DNA of 64,000 nucleotides from an uncultured Candidatus Saccharibacteria bacterium (GTDB taxonomy: Bacteria; Patescibacteriota; Minisyncoccia; Phycocordibacterales; DATDWN01). The stretch covers positions 23,008 to 87,007 of the forward strand of contig CAZTQY010000001.1 in assembly GCA_964616425.1 (NCBI GenBank), in the 5' to 3' direction. The notes beneath the pieces were generated by a model. That model was given only the letters and a program-made list of their open reading frames with translations. It made no database searches and was not told the origin of the DNA. Below are positions 47,532-56,169 of the stretch, one piece after another (positions within the stretch are counted from its first letter, which is position 1; each line of letters opens with the position of its first letter). A program made the position numbers and the translations under genes.

Positions 47532-47733
47532 AAGAGATTTTAAAAATTTTCTCGACTGGCATCTTGAAAAAACCAGCGATTTTAAGTGCTAGTAAAATTG
47601 ATGGTGTGTAATTACCTTTTTCCAGAGCGATGATGGTTTGACGACTAACATTTACCTTTGTCGCCAAATCTTCCTGCGTCACACCGCTTTCTGTGCGAAA
47701 CTTACTTACTTCATTTTTAATACGTTCTGCCAT
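47521..47733 (-). CDS. XRE-family HTH transcriptional regulator
   Basis: GVTQEDLATKVNVSRQTIIALEKG is a Cro/C1-type HTH. Confidence 0.8.
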   Translation of the reverse strand: MAERIKNEVSKFRTESGVTQEDLATKVNVSRQTIIALEKGNYTPSILLALKIAGFFKMPVEKIFKISYEK

Positions 47734-47885
47734 ACATTTGGATGTAGGTGATTATATATTTCTAATTTAGGAATGTAAAGTTGTCTTTACTACATAAATA
47801 TTCTACAAGAGTGGTTTTATAACATTTTGAAAATAAGAAATAGTAATTATAAACTAATATTAACAGTCTGTACGAAGTTCGAACT

Positions 47886-48299
47886 TTATTGAGATAGAAA
47901 AGGGATGATAGTTTTAGGGAGTATCTTAACATTTAAAATGTTTGATGTCTCAATCCACTTAAAATCAATATGAGACTCTTGTGATTCAGTTTTGGTATCT
48001 TTATTAATCTCAGCATCAAAAATCATATTTACTTCAGCATGAGGCTCTAAACCATCATCATCAGTATAAAAGTGCTCAAGATAACCTTTAAATTTAAAAC
48101 TTTTAATATCCTTTTCTGTCCACCCCAACTCCTCTGCCGTTTCTTTATAAATTGTCTTTTCAAAAGTATCTAGAAACTCCACATGACCGCCAGGAAGAAA
48201 ATAATTGTTATTTTTTTTATTAAAACAAAGTAATACTTTGTTTTCTCTCTTAATCACTAATCTTACAATTAATTCAACTACACCTTTATATTTATTCAT
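47886..48299 (-). CDS. NUDIX hydrolase
   Basis: NUDIX box GGHVEFLDTFEKTIYKETAEELG. Confidence 0.75.
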   Translation of the reverse strand: MNKYKGVVELIVRLVIKRENKVLLCFNKKNNNYFLPGGHVEFLDTFEKTIYKETAEELGWTEKDIKSFKFKGYLEHFYTDDDGLEPHAEVNMIFDAEINKDTKTESQESHIDFKWIETSNILNVKILPKTIIPFLSQ

Positions 48300-48303
48300 A
48301 CAC

Positions 48304-48801
48304 TTAATTTTTATTTATATTTTTAAACATTTCCAAAGCTCTTGCCATGATTCTATCTCCGATTTCACCCCAGTCAAAATATTGTTTGTAGTTTTTTGGA
48401 TCAATTAATTTTATTTCAGTTATACTTCCATCTGGATCAGAAATGAAATCTCCATAAGGCTTCACTATGCAAAGATAGCGTAATTGATTGAATATGTTTC
48501 CGCTAAAGTGAACTTCCTGATACCCAATTGGAACGAAATGAACGATCTCCATATTTGATTCCTCTTTAACCTCCCTTTTTAAACACTCCTCAAAATTTTC
48601 TCCTTCTTCAATAGTTCCACCCGGGAGAACCCAGTGATTACCTTTACTGCTATAGACAATAATTATTTTATCCTCAAAAAAACAAACGCCGTATGCCTGA
48701 GTTACTTTCTTATCTAAAAGATGCTCAAACGAATCAGCATCTTCATATGTAACTTCTGCTAGTTTGCCTTCCTTATCAACGAATTGAGATTTTATTTGCA
48801 T
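48304..48801 (-). CDS. NUDIX hydrolase
   Basis: NUDIX box GGTIEEGENFEECLKREVKEESN. Confidence 0.75.
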   Translation of the reverse strand: MQIKSQFVDKEGKLAEVTYEDADSFEHLLDKKVTQAYGVCFFEDKIIIVYSSKGNHWVLPGGTIEEGENFEECLKREVKEESNMEIVHFVPIGYQEVHFSGNIFNQLRYLCIVKPYGDFISDPDGSITEIKLIDPKNYKQYFDWGEIGDRIMARALEMFKNINKN

Positions 48802-48802
48802 A

Positions 48803-50161
48803 TTATTTATCTAGTTTTTTAACAAAAATAAGAATTTCTGTAAGAGCATTATTTTGTTTCTCATTAGCTACCTTACGAGTATTTTCAATAACCTCTTTCA
48901 AAACACTGAAGGTGTGCTCCGTATTTATTAATGGTTCGACAGAGATTTGATATGGATCTTTGAGTTTTTGATATTGATTCAAAAGAAATGTCAATGCATT
49001 TTCTTCTCTACGTAAAATCTTTTTGATTGATCCAAAAATAATCGATATAAAAAAGTCAATTCGATAAGATTCAGAAACGACAACTTTATTAGGATTATAA
49101 CTCATTTCGCCAAGAGGAAGTTCAATTTCCCCAAATAAATTTTTACTTCCTTTAAATATGCATGATGTCGATTCTGGACAGAGAGAATAGTCAACAACCA
49201 ATAAGCCGACCCTTGTCTTATATATGACTGAAGATTGAACCCCATTTATAGGAGCATTTTGCGGTGGTTCACAAATATGAATAATTTCCCCAACTTGGGC
49301 ATAGTATTCAAAACGTTCTTCTAATGCTTTAGATATATTCTCATTATTAAACGTAAGCCAAACATCGATATCGCTCCACATATCAGCGTCGCCTCGAGCT
49401 ATTGAACCGAAGTAGTGTCCTTCTATTGCAACAGGCTGGAATACTTTCTTAATTTTCTCCAATCTTGCTTTTCGTATTCTCGGCATGAAATATTGCATCG
49501 GAAAATCAGGATGTTCCTTGTTTATCGTATCTAGATTTTCTCCGTATAAGCCATGAAAACCGAACGGTTTTTTATATTCTCCATAGTCGGACTGAACACT
49601 GAACTTCATTGCAAGTTCTACGGGAGCAAATCTCAGACCTTCTTTTTCAAATAGATCCTTGTACCATGCACATAGGGCGATATCTTCCGGATGCATATTT
49701 ATGATTTTTCCGTCACTAGCCAATTTCGCAGAAATCTCCAGAAATTTTTTACTACGCAAACAAAACCCTCCATTACCAACTACATAATGGGGTTTCGGAA
49801 TATCTAACTTCCATTCTTTCCATGTACTCGTATCTATCGGTCCGCCAATATAGTCATAAGAAAGAAATTCTGGATTCCAGCGAGCAGCATTCAAGACGAA
49901 TCCATCATATTGAACTAAGAGAACAAAGTCAGTATCAACATATTTATGCAAGTCCTCAATACAGAAACGGGAATAATCCTCTATAGATCCAATATGAGGT
50001 ATTACAACTAAATGACTATCTTTTATGGGAAGCGAGGTTAATAATTTTACCGCACCAAATTCTATATCTTGTTGTGATACATCCATTGCAACCTGTAACC
50101 GTTCTACATTTAAACAATCAATACCGAGAAGGGTGACATTCGGGAGTTCAAGTTTTTTCAT
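48803..50161 (-). CDS. Nucleotidyltransferase-domain protein with an N-terminal domain of unknown function
   Basis: C-terminal Pol-beta-type NTase motif FGSIARGDADMWSDIDVWL. Confidence 0.5.
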   Translation of the reverse strand: MKKLELPNVTLLGIDCLNVERLQVAMDVSQQDIEFGAVKLLTSLPIKDSHLVVIPHIGSIEDYSRFCIEDLHKYVDTDFVLLVQYDGFVLNAARWNPEFLSYDYIGGPIDTSTWKEWKLDIPKPHYVVGNGGFCLRSKKFLEISAKLASDGKIINMHPEDIALCAWYKDLFEKEGLRFAPVELAMKFSVQSDYGEYKKPFGFHGLYGENLDTINKEHPDFPMQYFMPRIRKARLEKIKKVFQPVAIEGHYFGSIARGDADMWSDIDVWLTFNNENISKALEERFEYYAQVGEIIHICEPPQNAPINGVQSSVIYKTRVGLLVVDYSLCPESTSCIFKGSKNLFGEIELPLGEMSYNPNKVVVSESYRIDFFISIIFGSIKKILRREENALTFLLNQYQKLKDPYQISVEPLINTEHTFSVLKEVIENTRKVANEKQNNALTEILIFVKKLDK

Positions 50162-50176
50162 TAAGTAATTCTAACA

Positions 50177-50212
50177 AAAAATCACTGATCTTAAAAATCA
50201 GTGATTTTTTGT
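50177..50212. terminator. Rho-independent terminator
   Basis: aatcactgat-cttaaaa-atcagtgatt, followed by TTTTTT. Confidence 0.6.
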
Positions 50213-50300
50213 CTTGAATACTGCTCTCAGCAGGTATGCGGTGATGGAATAGATACTTGAGCCATTTCGACACTCCTCGGAGTCCGAAACTATCTCAAAC

Positions 50301-50374
50301 TGGCTGGGGGGGAAGGAATCGGACCTTCATTAGAAGCTTCAAAGGCTCCTGTCCTGCCATTAGACGACCCCCCA
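50301..50374 (-). tRNA. tRNA-Gln (anticodon UUG), 74 nt with encoded CCA
   Basis: Manual fold: U1-A72, six G-C acceptor pairs, U8, A14, GG in the D-loop, G10, anticodon stem GGAGC/GCUUC, loop CUUUGAA (U33, UUG, A37), T-arm GAAGG-UCCGAUU-CCUUC, G73 discriminator, CCA. Atypical features: a short D-loop and C at the position-55 equivalent. Confidence 0.6.
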
Positions 50375-50376
50375 AA

Positions 50377-51063
50377 TTAAATATTTCTAAAAATTGCTTC
50401 TGACCACCCAGTAATCTGCCTAAGTAGTGAAGAACTGGAACTTACTCTAACCCGAATTAGACCATAATACAAGTCTTTTGTATTTCTTCTTTTTGTTTTT
50501 ATATCATTTTTCTTATAGTAAATTGTGTTAAATTTTTCAATTTTAGACTTTGTGATTTTTGACCAATATTTCCTAACAACATCAATATTGTTCTGACTAT
50601 TTCTATGAATATATATTTCAAAACCAATTCTATCCTCATTAATATTACATATTTCCTTTAACCACCTAAGAAACACTTGGATTATACGTGGATCTGAATT
50701 ACTGAACCTAATACCGATTCCGTGTTGATATTCTTTTTCTTTCGAACCTTCTGCCCAATATAATACTATTCCAATTATCCACAATTCTCTTTTTGAAATG
50801 TGCTTAATATCAGACAAAGAATTCCTTAATATTTCTTGAGTTTTAATAATCCTTTGTTGCCTTCTGGCCTCTCCACCTCTTTTTCCTGCTGCTAATCTTT
50901 TCTCTGTTAATCTCTGAAATTGTTTTGTAGACAAACCAACATCTCTCAGCCATAAAGACAGCGTTGATTTTGCAACTGGAATTTCTTTCAAAATCTCGGA
51001 ATAAGTTTTACCAGATTTCCTCATCTGAACCGCATTTTCCTTTATTGATATACTTATGGACAT
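50377..51063 (-). CDS. HTH-domain protein with a LAGLIDADG-like endonuclease-type core (putative homing-endonuclease-like)
   Basis: N-terminal HTH (SGKTYSEILKEIPVAKSTLSLWLRD). LWIIGIVLYWAEGSKEKE resembles a LAGLIDADG motif. Adjacent to the tRNA. Confidence 0.3.
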   Translation of the reverse strand: MSISISIKENAVQMRKSGKTYSEILKEIPVAKSTLSLWLRDVGLSTKQFQRLTEKRLAAGKRGGEARRQQRIIKTQEILRNSLSDIKHISKRELWIIGIVLYWAEGSKEKEYQHGIGIRFSNSDPRIIQVFLRWLKEICNINEDRIGFEIYIHRNSQNNIDVVRKYWSKITKSKIEKFNTIYYKKNDIKTKRRNTKDLYYGLIRVRVSSSSSLLRQITGWSEAIFRNI

Positions 51064-51142
51064 CTTTCGTGATTATAATTATACCATAACCCTAGTTCGT
51101 AAAGTTATAGATGTGGATAAATTATTTTGTTACAATTACGCT

Positions 51143-51625
51143 ATGAACCCAATCCCCCTCACAGAAGAATATTTAGTGGCAGCAGTAAAAATGGTAAATG
51201 AAGTTTTCCCTCAAGACACCGACGCCATCTGGAATCCGGAGAAATCTCTTCCCCTCAGTCTCCGCCCACAAAGTGAATTGAAAGAAGATGCTTTTGTAGA
51301 TTATTGGATTGTACTCGATGATAAAAATGAAATCATAGCTGTGACTGGTATGTACAGAATCAAAGACGATCCAGAGGATGTAGTGTGGCTTGGTTGGTAT
51401 TGTGTTCGTGCTGACCAGAGAGGAAAAGGTCTTGGACGAAAACTATTGAATTGGACTGCTGACAAAGCCAAAGAAAGAGGCTTTAAGAAAATGAAACTAT
51501 ACACATCAACAGACCCGAACGAAGCTGCTGCGCAAATACTCTACGAAAAAGAGGGTTTCAAAATAACTGAAGAGAATGAAGGTGACGGTATTCACAAGAC
51601 TTTATATAGAGAGAAAATATTATAA
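51143..51625 (+). CDS. GNAT-family N-acetyltransferase
   Basis: Acetyl-CoA-binding motif VRADQRGKGLGRKLL. A start at MNPIPL is more plausible than the track start 51056, which overlaps the upstream gene. Confidence 0.7.
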   Translation: MNPIPLTEEYLVAAVKMVNEVFPQDTDAIWNPEKSLPLSLRPQSELKEDAFVDYWIVLDDKNEIIAVTGMYRIKDDPEDVVWLGWYCVRADQRGKGLGRKLLNWTADKAKERGFKKMKLYTSTDPNEAAAQILYEKEGFKITEENEGDGIHKTLYREKIL

Positions 51626-51645
51626 AAATTGGCTATAATATTCTC

Positions 51646-52095
51646 ATGTACATAATATACGCACTGCTGGGAGCCCTCATGGCCAGCCTAGGAACAATAT
51701 TCGCGAAACTTGGTTTAAAAGGTGTTGATGCAAATTTATTAACTGCTATTAGAGGTATCGTGATGGCTATCATTGTTACTATCGCTGCACTTTCTTTTGG
51801 TAAGCTTTCTTCTTCAACTCTTAGCACACTCAGTCAAAAGCAATGGATATTTGTTATCCTCTCTGCAATGGGCGGAGCACTTTCTTGGATTTTCTTTTAT
51901 CAAGCCCTCTCTATGGGCCCAACTGTTGCTGTGACTGTAATAGATAAATTTTCTTTGGTGTTAACTGCAATACTCGCTGTTTTTGTTTTGTCAGAGGGCA
52001 TAACTTTACAGTCTGGAATAGGGCTAGGGTTGGTTGCTCTCGGTACCCTACTCGTCTCTATCCCTTGGGAAAAGATTAAAATACTTTGGAGTTAA
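51646..52095 (+). CDS. EamA-domain (DMT superfamily) half-size transporter
   Basis: Four to five TM helices with EamA-like pattern. Confidence 0.55.
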   Translation: MYIIYALLGALMASLGTIFAKLGLKGVDANLLTAIRGIVMAIIVTIAALSFGKLSSSTLSTLSQKQWIFVILSAMGGALSWIFFYQALSMGPTVAVTVIDKFSLVLTAILAVFVLSEGITLQSGIGLGLVALGTLLVSIPWEKIKILWS

Positions 52096-52133
52096 ATTTA
52101 ATTTAACTTAATTAATTTTGCTATAATACATAT

Positions 52134-52430
52134 ATGAAAAAACCATTTTTACATGCCTTAGCAGCGGCATTATATATAGTTGCTATAGTCCTTATTGCAG
52201 AGCGAGTTGGTAATGCATTAAAAAACCAGCCAGATACCATAGTCATCCCGATGACAATGCTGAGCCTATTTGTTTTGTCTGCCGCTATCATGGGATATAT
52301 TTTCCTATCTGAACCATTACAACTACTCATAGAGGGTAAGAAAAAAGAAGCCGTGACTTTCTTTTCAAAAATCGTAGGATTTTTTGCTTGCTTCGTTTTG
52401 CTTTACACAATCATACTTTTTTTGATCTAA
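52134..52430 (+). CDS. Small hypothetical membrane protein
   Basis: Three TM helices. Confidence 0.4.
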   Translation: MKKPFLHALAAALYIVAIVLIAERVGNALKNQPDTIVIPMTMLSLFVLSAAIMGYIFLSEPLQLLIEGKKKEAVTFFSKIVGFFACFVLLYTIILFLI

Positions 52431-52464
52431 ACAACTAGTAAATTAATTTTGATATACTAGTTAA

Positions 52465-53157
52465 ATGCTTGAAGAACAAATAACTCCTAAAACGAATTTA
52501 ATAAGCTCGGTTGTTCAGATCGCTTCAGTCTGGATTTTTTCCTATATTGGATATTATATTTTCCTGCCTGCACTCGGTTTTGATGGCGGATATAACACAC
52601 ATCCTATACAAATAACTATCTACTATCTCGTGTGGACCCTTATCTCTCTCCTAGCTTTTAAAGATATCTTTAGAGATAAAGTAATACTAGAAAAGAGAGT
52701 AGGAACCTATGTCTCGATAATAACAATAAATGCAATTATTCTTTTTTATGTTTTTTATATACTCCCGTTATTGCCATCAATAACCTGGACGCCACCATGG
52801 ATGCCACCGTCGGAACTACTGAAAGCCACGACTTGGTATTTCCTACCGAAATCAATAGAAATATTTCTACAACAAATCCTGCTTCTAGCTCTTGTGATTT
52901 CTTTCTTGGATAATCAATACAAATTTAAGACCACGGCAGTTTGGTGCGCAATACTGTTTGGTGGGAGTCACCTCCTGTTGGTTTTCAACGCTGGTTTTAT
53001 TTACGCCTCTGTTTTCACTGTTATAGCAGTTGTTTCATCTTTTATATTTACATACCTTTTGCTAGAAGTAAGAAATGGTTTTCTATACTCATATTTTTTA
53101 CACTGGATGTTCTATGCACTAGTTGTCGTTATTACAAAAACAGTTTTTCACGTTTAA
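52465..53157 (+). CDS. CPBP-family (CAAX/Abi) intramembrane metalloprotease-like protein
   Basis: Polytopic. ILFGGSHLL and a later H...N-like motif resemble CPBP motifs 2 and 3. Confidence 0.4.
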   Translation: MLEEQITPKTNLISSVVQIASVWIFSYIGYYIFLPALGFDGGYNTHPIQITIYYLVWTLISLLAFKDIFRDKVILEKRVGTYVSIITINAIILFYVFYILPLLPSITWTPPWMPPSELLKATTWYFLPKSIEIFLQQILLLALVISFLDNQYKFKTTAVWCAILFGGSHLLLVFNAGFIYASVFTVIAVVSSFIFTYLLLEVRNGFLYSYFLHWMFYALVVVITKTVFHV

Positions 53158-53159
53158 AA

Positions 53160-53190
53160 CAAAACCCCTTTCGGGGTTTTGTTTTTTATC
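53160..53190. terminator. Bidirectional rho-independent terminator
   Basis: aaaacccctttcggggtttt hairpin flanked by T/A runs on both strands. Confidence 0.75.
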
Positions 53191-53202
53191 GAGCTTTCGA
53201 AT

Positions 53203-53295
53203 TACTTTTTTCCTACCTGACATCCGCAAGAACATGTACCATCTTCATTTGCATGAACGTGTCCGCAAGCTTCACACTTCATTTCATCTGACATG
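53203..53295 (-). CDS. Unannotated small Cys/His-rich peptide (30 aa), putative metal-binding
   Basis: Manual translation of the minus strand gives MSDEMKCEACGHVHANEDGTCSCGCQVGKK followed by stop. Ends at the bidirectional terminator. No clear SD. Confidence 0.35.
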
Positions 53296-53448
53296 TGTGT
53301 TTTTGATTATGTCTAATATATTCGACCTACCTGTATTATACAACCTATAACTTGTAAATATTCCATATATTCTACACTTGACTAATGAATAAATTTATGC
53401 TATCATTGTGGGTAGTAGTTATTTAAAAACAAACCCAAAGGAGGACCT

Positions 53449-54441
53449 GTGTCTACGACTGAAGGCGGCAACGCCCCGCTCGTCACGATACTCGTCCCCT
53501 GTTACCAGTACGGACGATATCTGAAAACTTGTCTGGATGGAATTTTCGCCCAGACGATAATCAACGAGATTTCATTTGAAATCATCGTCATCAACGACGG
53601 CTCAACAGATGAGACCGACGAGGTGATGTATGAATTCAATGATCCTCGGATTCGTTACATCCGTCTACCTGAAAACCAAGGCATCTGTAATGCGCTAGCA
53701 CAAGGCATTACACTGGCAAAAGGAAAGTACTTTGCCAGGATTGATGCTGACGACAGGTGGAAGCCACACTTTCTCGAGGAAGTACTACCGATCCTCGAGA
53801 AACACCCTGATGTTGGACTTGTGTACGGCGATGTAATACACATCGACAAACACAACAACGTCATCCAGGATCCGAGCACGATCTGCTCGATCATCCACCA
53901 CAACGGAAGAGACTTCAAAGGAGACGAATTCTTTTTCCAGCTTATGGGATGCAGTATTGGTACAGCTGGTGTGATTGGCAGAACTTCTGCCCTTCGTCCA
54001 GCAATACCTTTCCCAAGTAGTTTCACTTGGGGCTACCCATCTGACTGGTGGTTGCATATGGTGGTTCTAAGGGATCACCAGATGTACTACACCAGACGCG
54101 TCATCGGCGAGTACAGAATGCACGCCGAAAGCATGACGAGTCAGGGAAAAATTGTTTCTTCGTCCTACGAAGAAACAATGATCGGGGCTTTGGACATTCT
54201 CTTTAGCGAGGGAAGACGAGCGAGTGAACGTCGAAAGTCCTACGCGTACATGTGGACTAGTGTGGGTAACATACATTTCGAAAGAAACTATGGAGCCTGC
54301 GCAAGAAGAGCCTACATGAAAGCTGTGATGTACCGACCGGATTACATTTTCCGGAAGTCCATCGTCCGGCACTTTCTGTCGAGTCTTCTGCCAAGGCCTA
54401 TGTACGAGGTAATAAAGAAAGGGGTAAAGAAAATGTTCTGA
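53449..54441 (+). CDS. Family 2 glycosyltransferase; GC-rich, putative horizontally acquired
   Basis: ILVPCYQYGRYLKTCLDGIFAQT, INDGSTDETDEV and RIDADD are GT2 DxD motifs. GTG start preceded by aaaggagg. GC content clearly above the neighbours. Confidence 0.8.
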   Translation: MSTTEGGNAPLVTILVPCYQYGRYLKTCLDGIFAQTIINEISFEIIVINDGSTDETDEVMYEFNDPRIRYIRLPENQGICNALAQGITLAKGKYFARIDADDRWKPHFLEEVLPILEKHPDVGLVYGDVIHIDKHNNVIQDPSTICSIIHHNGRDFKGDEFFFQLMGCSIGTAGVIGRTSALRPAIPFPSSFTWGYPSDWWLHMVVLRDHQMYYTRRVIGEYRMHAESMTSQGKIVSSSYEETMIGALDILFSEGRRASERRKSYAYMWTSVGNIHFERNYGACARRAYMKAVMYRPDYIFRKSIVRHFLSSLLPRPMYEVIKKGVKKMF

Positions 54442-54478
54442 GCCGGCCTGTGCTAACGCAAGGGTCGGCTTTTACTAT
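54440..54478 (+). terminator. Terminator hairpin after the GT2 gene
   Basis: agccggcc...gggtcggct followed by tttt. Confidence 0.5.
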
Positions 54479-54485
54479 TAAAAAA

Positions 54486-55517
54486 CTATTTTTGACTGAT
54501 TATATTTACCAAAGCAAGTTCTAGTGGCAGAGATGGAATGTACGCTCCTGTTGTTTTTTCGTAAGCGCCTAAAAGCTCAACTAGATCAGATGAAGATAAA
54601 CTTCCCTCTCCTTTGGCCAACGTACTGACAAATTCAAACTCAACTTCTGACAACTCGTCTTTTATAATATTTCCAGCATTAAAACGAACGAGGAGAAAAG
54701 CTCTAGACATGTGCAAAATCAATTTCAAAAAGACAGACATGTCTATATTTTGACTTACGGCTTTTTTTATAGAACCCAAACCAAGTTCCAAATTTTTGTT
54801 TACGATAGAAGTGATGACATCATTTACTAGGTCTATGGCTGGAGCTCCAGTTACTAAACGAACATCATCCTCACTAACTGCTGTTTGTTTTTTACTTTTA
54901 CTATAAACCAAAATCTTTTGGAGAATTCCCAAAGTATCACGGAATGAACCATCACCCAAAAGAGCAACTAAATCTGATGATGCGTCATCTAATGTAAAAC
55001 CTTCTTTCTTTGCGACGTTAGTTACAACTTTTTTCAAGACATCTTGTGATGGTTTTTTGAATGTATAAGTTTCGCAACGAGAAAGCACTGTTTCAGGTAT
55101 TTTGTGAGTCTCTGTTGTCGCAAGAATAAATACAACATGAGATGGAGGCTCCTCCAAAGTTTTTAACAAAGCATTTGCAGCGGACTTTGAGAGCATGTGA
55201 ACTTCATCCAAAATGTAGACTTTGTATTTTGACTCGAAAGGTAAAGTAAATACAGAATCATTGAGATTACGAATATCATCAACGCTTGTATTTGATGCTG
55301 CATCTATTTCATAAATATCATTTTTAGATGTGCCTATTGCGTCAGCAAATATTCTAGCAATAGAAGTTTTTCCTGTGCCACGTGTTCCAGAAAAAAGATA
55401 TGCGTGAGAAATATCTCCGGACTTTGCCTCAGCGTCTAAAACTTTAACTATATGATCCTGTCCAACAACTTCAGAAAACTTTCCTGGCCTGTATTTTCTA
55501 TATAATGCTTCTGACAT
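54486..55517 (-). CDS. dnaX: DNA polymerase III gamma/tau subunit (short, 343 aa)
   Basis: YRPGKFSEVVGQDHIV, Walker A GTRGTGKTS, and DEVHML. Confidence 0.85.
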   Translation of the reverse strand: MSEALYRKYRPGKFSEVVGQDHIVKVLDAEAKSGDISHAYLFSGTRGTGKTSIARIFADAIGTSKNDIYEIDAASNTSVDDIRNLNDSVFTLPFESKYKVYILDEVHMLSKSAANALLKTLEEPPSHVVFILATTETHKIPETVLSRCETYTFKKPSQDVLKKVVTNVAKKEGFTLDDASSDLVALLGDGSFRDTLGILQKILVYSKSKKQTAVSEDDVRLVTGAPAIDLVNDVITSIVNKNLELGLGSIKKAVSQNIDMSVFLKLILHMSRAFLLVRFNAGNIIKDELSEVEFEFVSTLAKGEGSLSSSDLVELLGAYEKTTGAYIPSLPLELALVNIISQK

Positions 55518-55519
55518 AT

Positions 55520-56165
55520 TAACTAGTATATCTTATTGTGGATTTTGGACAAAACAGTAACGCGAATGGGGGCCGTCAGATGACGGCCCCCTAAAAAAAA
55601 TTTACCCGTAACGAGGCATGGCATCCTCCAGTTTACGACTGTTTGAGGTGGCACCGCGCCACTACGGTCTTAGGCTATGAAGCCTAGCTTCACTGCTGCC
55701 GTGCCGGCCCAGCTCGTGTTGAACACAGTTGATATTCCCTACCAAGGGCGAGCTCTTAGGCATCCATTATGTCAACTGGTCTAACTAAACAGTATCACAT
55801 CCAAAAAACATACGTCAATTTTTTGTATTAAAAAAGTCGGGCGCAATGCATCCCGACGAACTGGGCCACCAGCAGTTGAAAGACTTGTCTACAACTGCCG
55901 GTGGCCAATCTACCTAGCCTCCCCAATACGTGAGGAGTATGATTGCCAACCAAGAGTCTCCCAAAACCCTCGATAAGCAATGAAATGTGGATGTGGCTCA
56001 AGCCCACACAAGACTGATTAGCCCCGTCAGTATTGTAAGGCGATCCAAACTTTCCACAGAGATCCAGACCGTGCATCCATTGGTACTTTTTGGGAAAAGC
56101 ACCACACGGCGGACCATCTGACCATCATTATATACTTTTTACATGAAAAGTCAATGAGGTCAGTG
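55520..56165 (-). ncRNA. GC-rich ~640-bp non-coding region with strong secondary structure, probably containing one or two structured ncRNAs. Identity unresolved; SRP RNA upstream of dnaX is one candidate
   Basis: No credible ORF. GC content far above the genome background. Minus-strand terminator gtcgggatgcattgcgcccgac + UUUUUU at about 55827-55860. A 16-bp imperfect stem at 55864-55910. Conserved ffs-dnaX synteny in many bacteria. Confidence 0.35.
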
Positions 56166-56169
56166 GCTT

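Noticed and set aside
55567-55592. Perfect 10-bp GC stem (gggggccgtc-agat-gacggccccc) as a transcription terminator
   Set aside because: The U-run lies on the wrong side for a minus-strand transcript. On the plus strand it is followed by an A-run, not a U-run. More likely it is a structural element of an ncRNA or 5' leader.
55828-56076. 82-aa minus-strand ORF in the GC-rich non-coding block
   Set aside because: No RBS. It is GC-driven and overlaps predicted stable RNA stems. The region is better explained as ncRNA.
55520-56165. Specific assignment of the GC-rich block to RNase P RNA, tmRNA or SRP RNA
   Set aside because: By eye only partial matches (a GGAAAGU-like segment, AGCAG) were found. 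There is no convincing P4 pairing partner, tmRNA tag ORF or SRP helix-8 GNRA motif. It is left as an unresolved ncRNA candidate pending covariance-model search.
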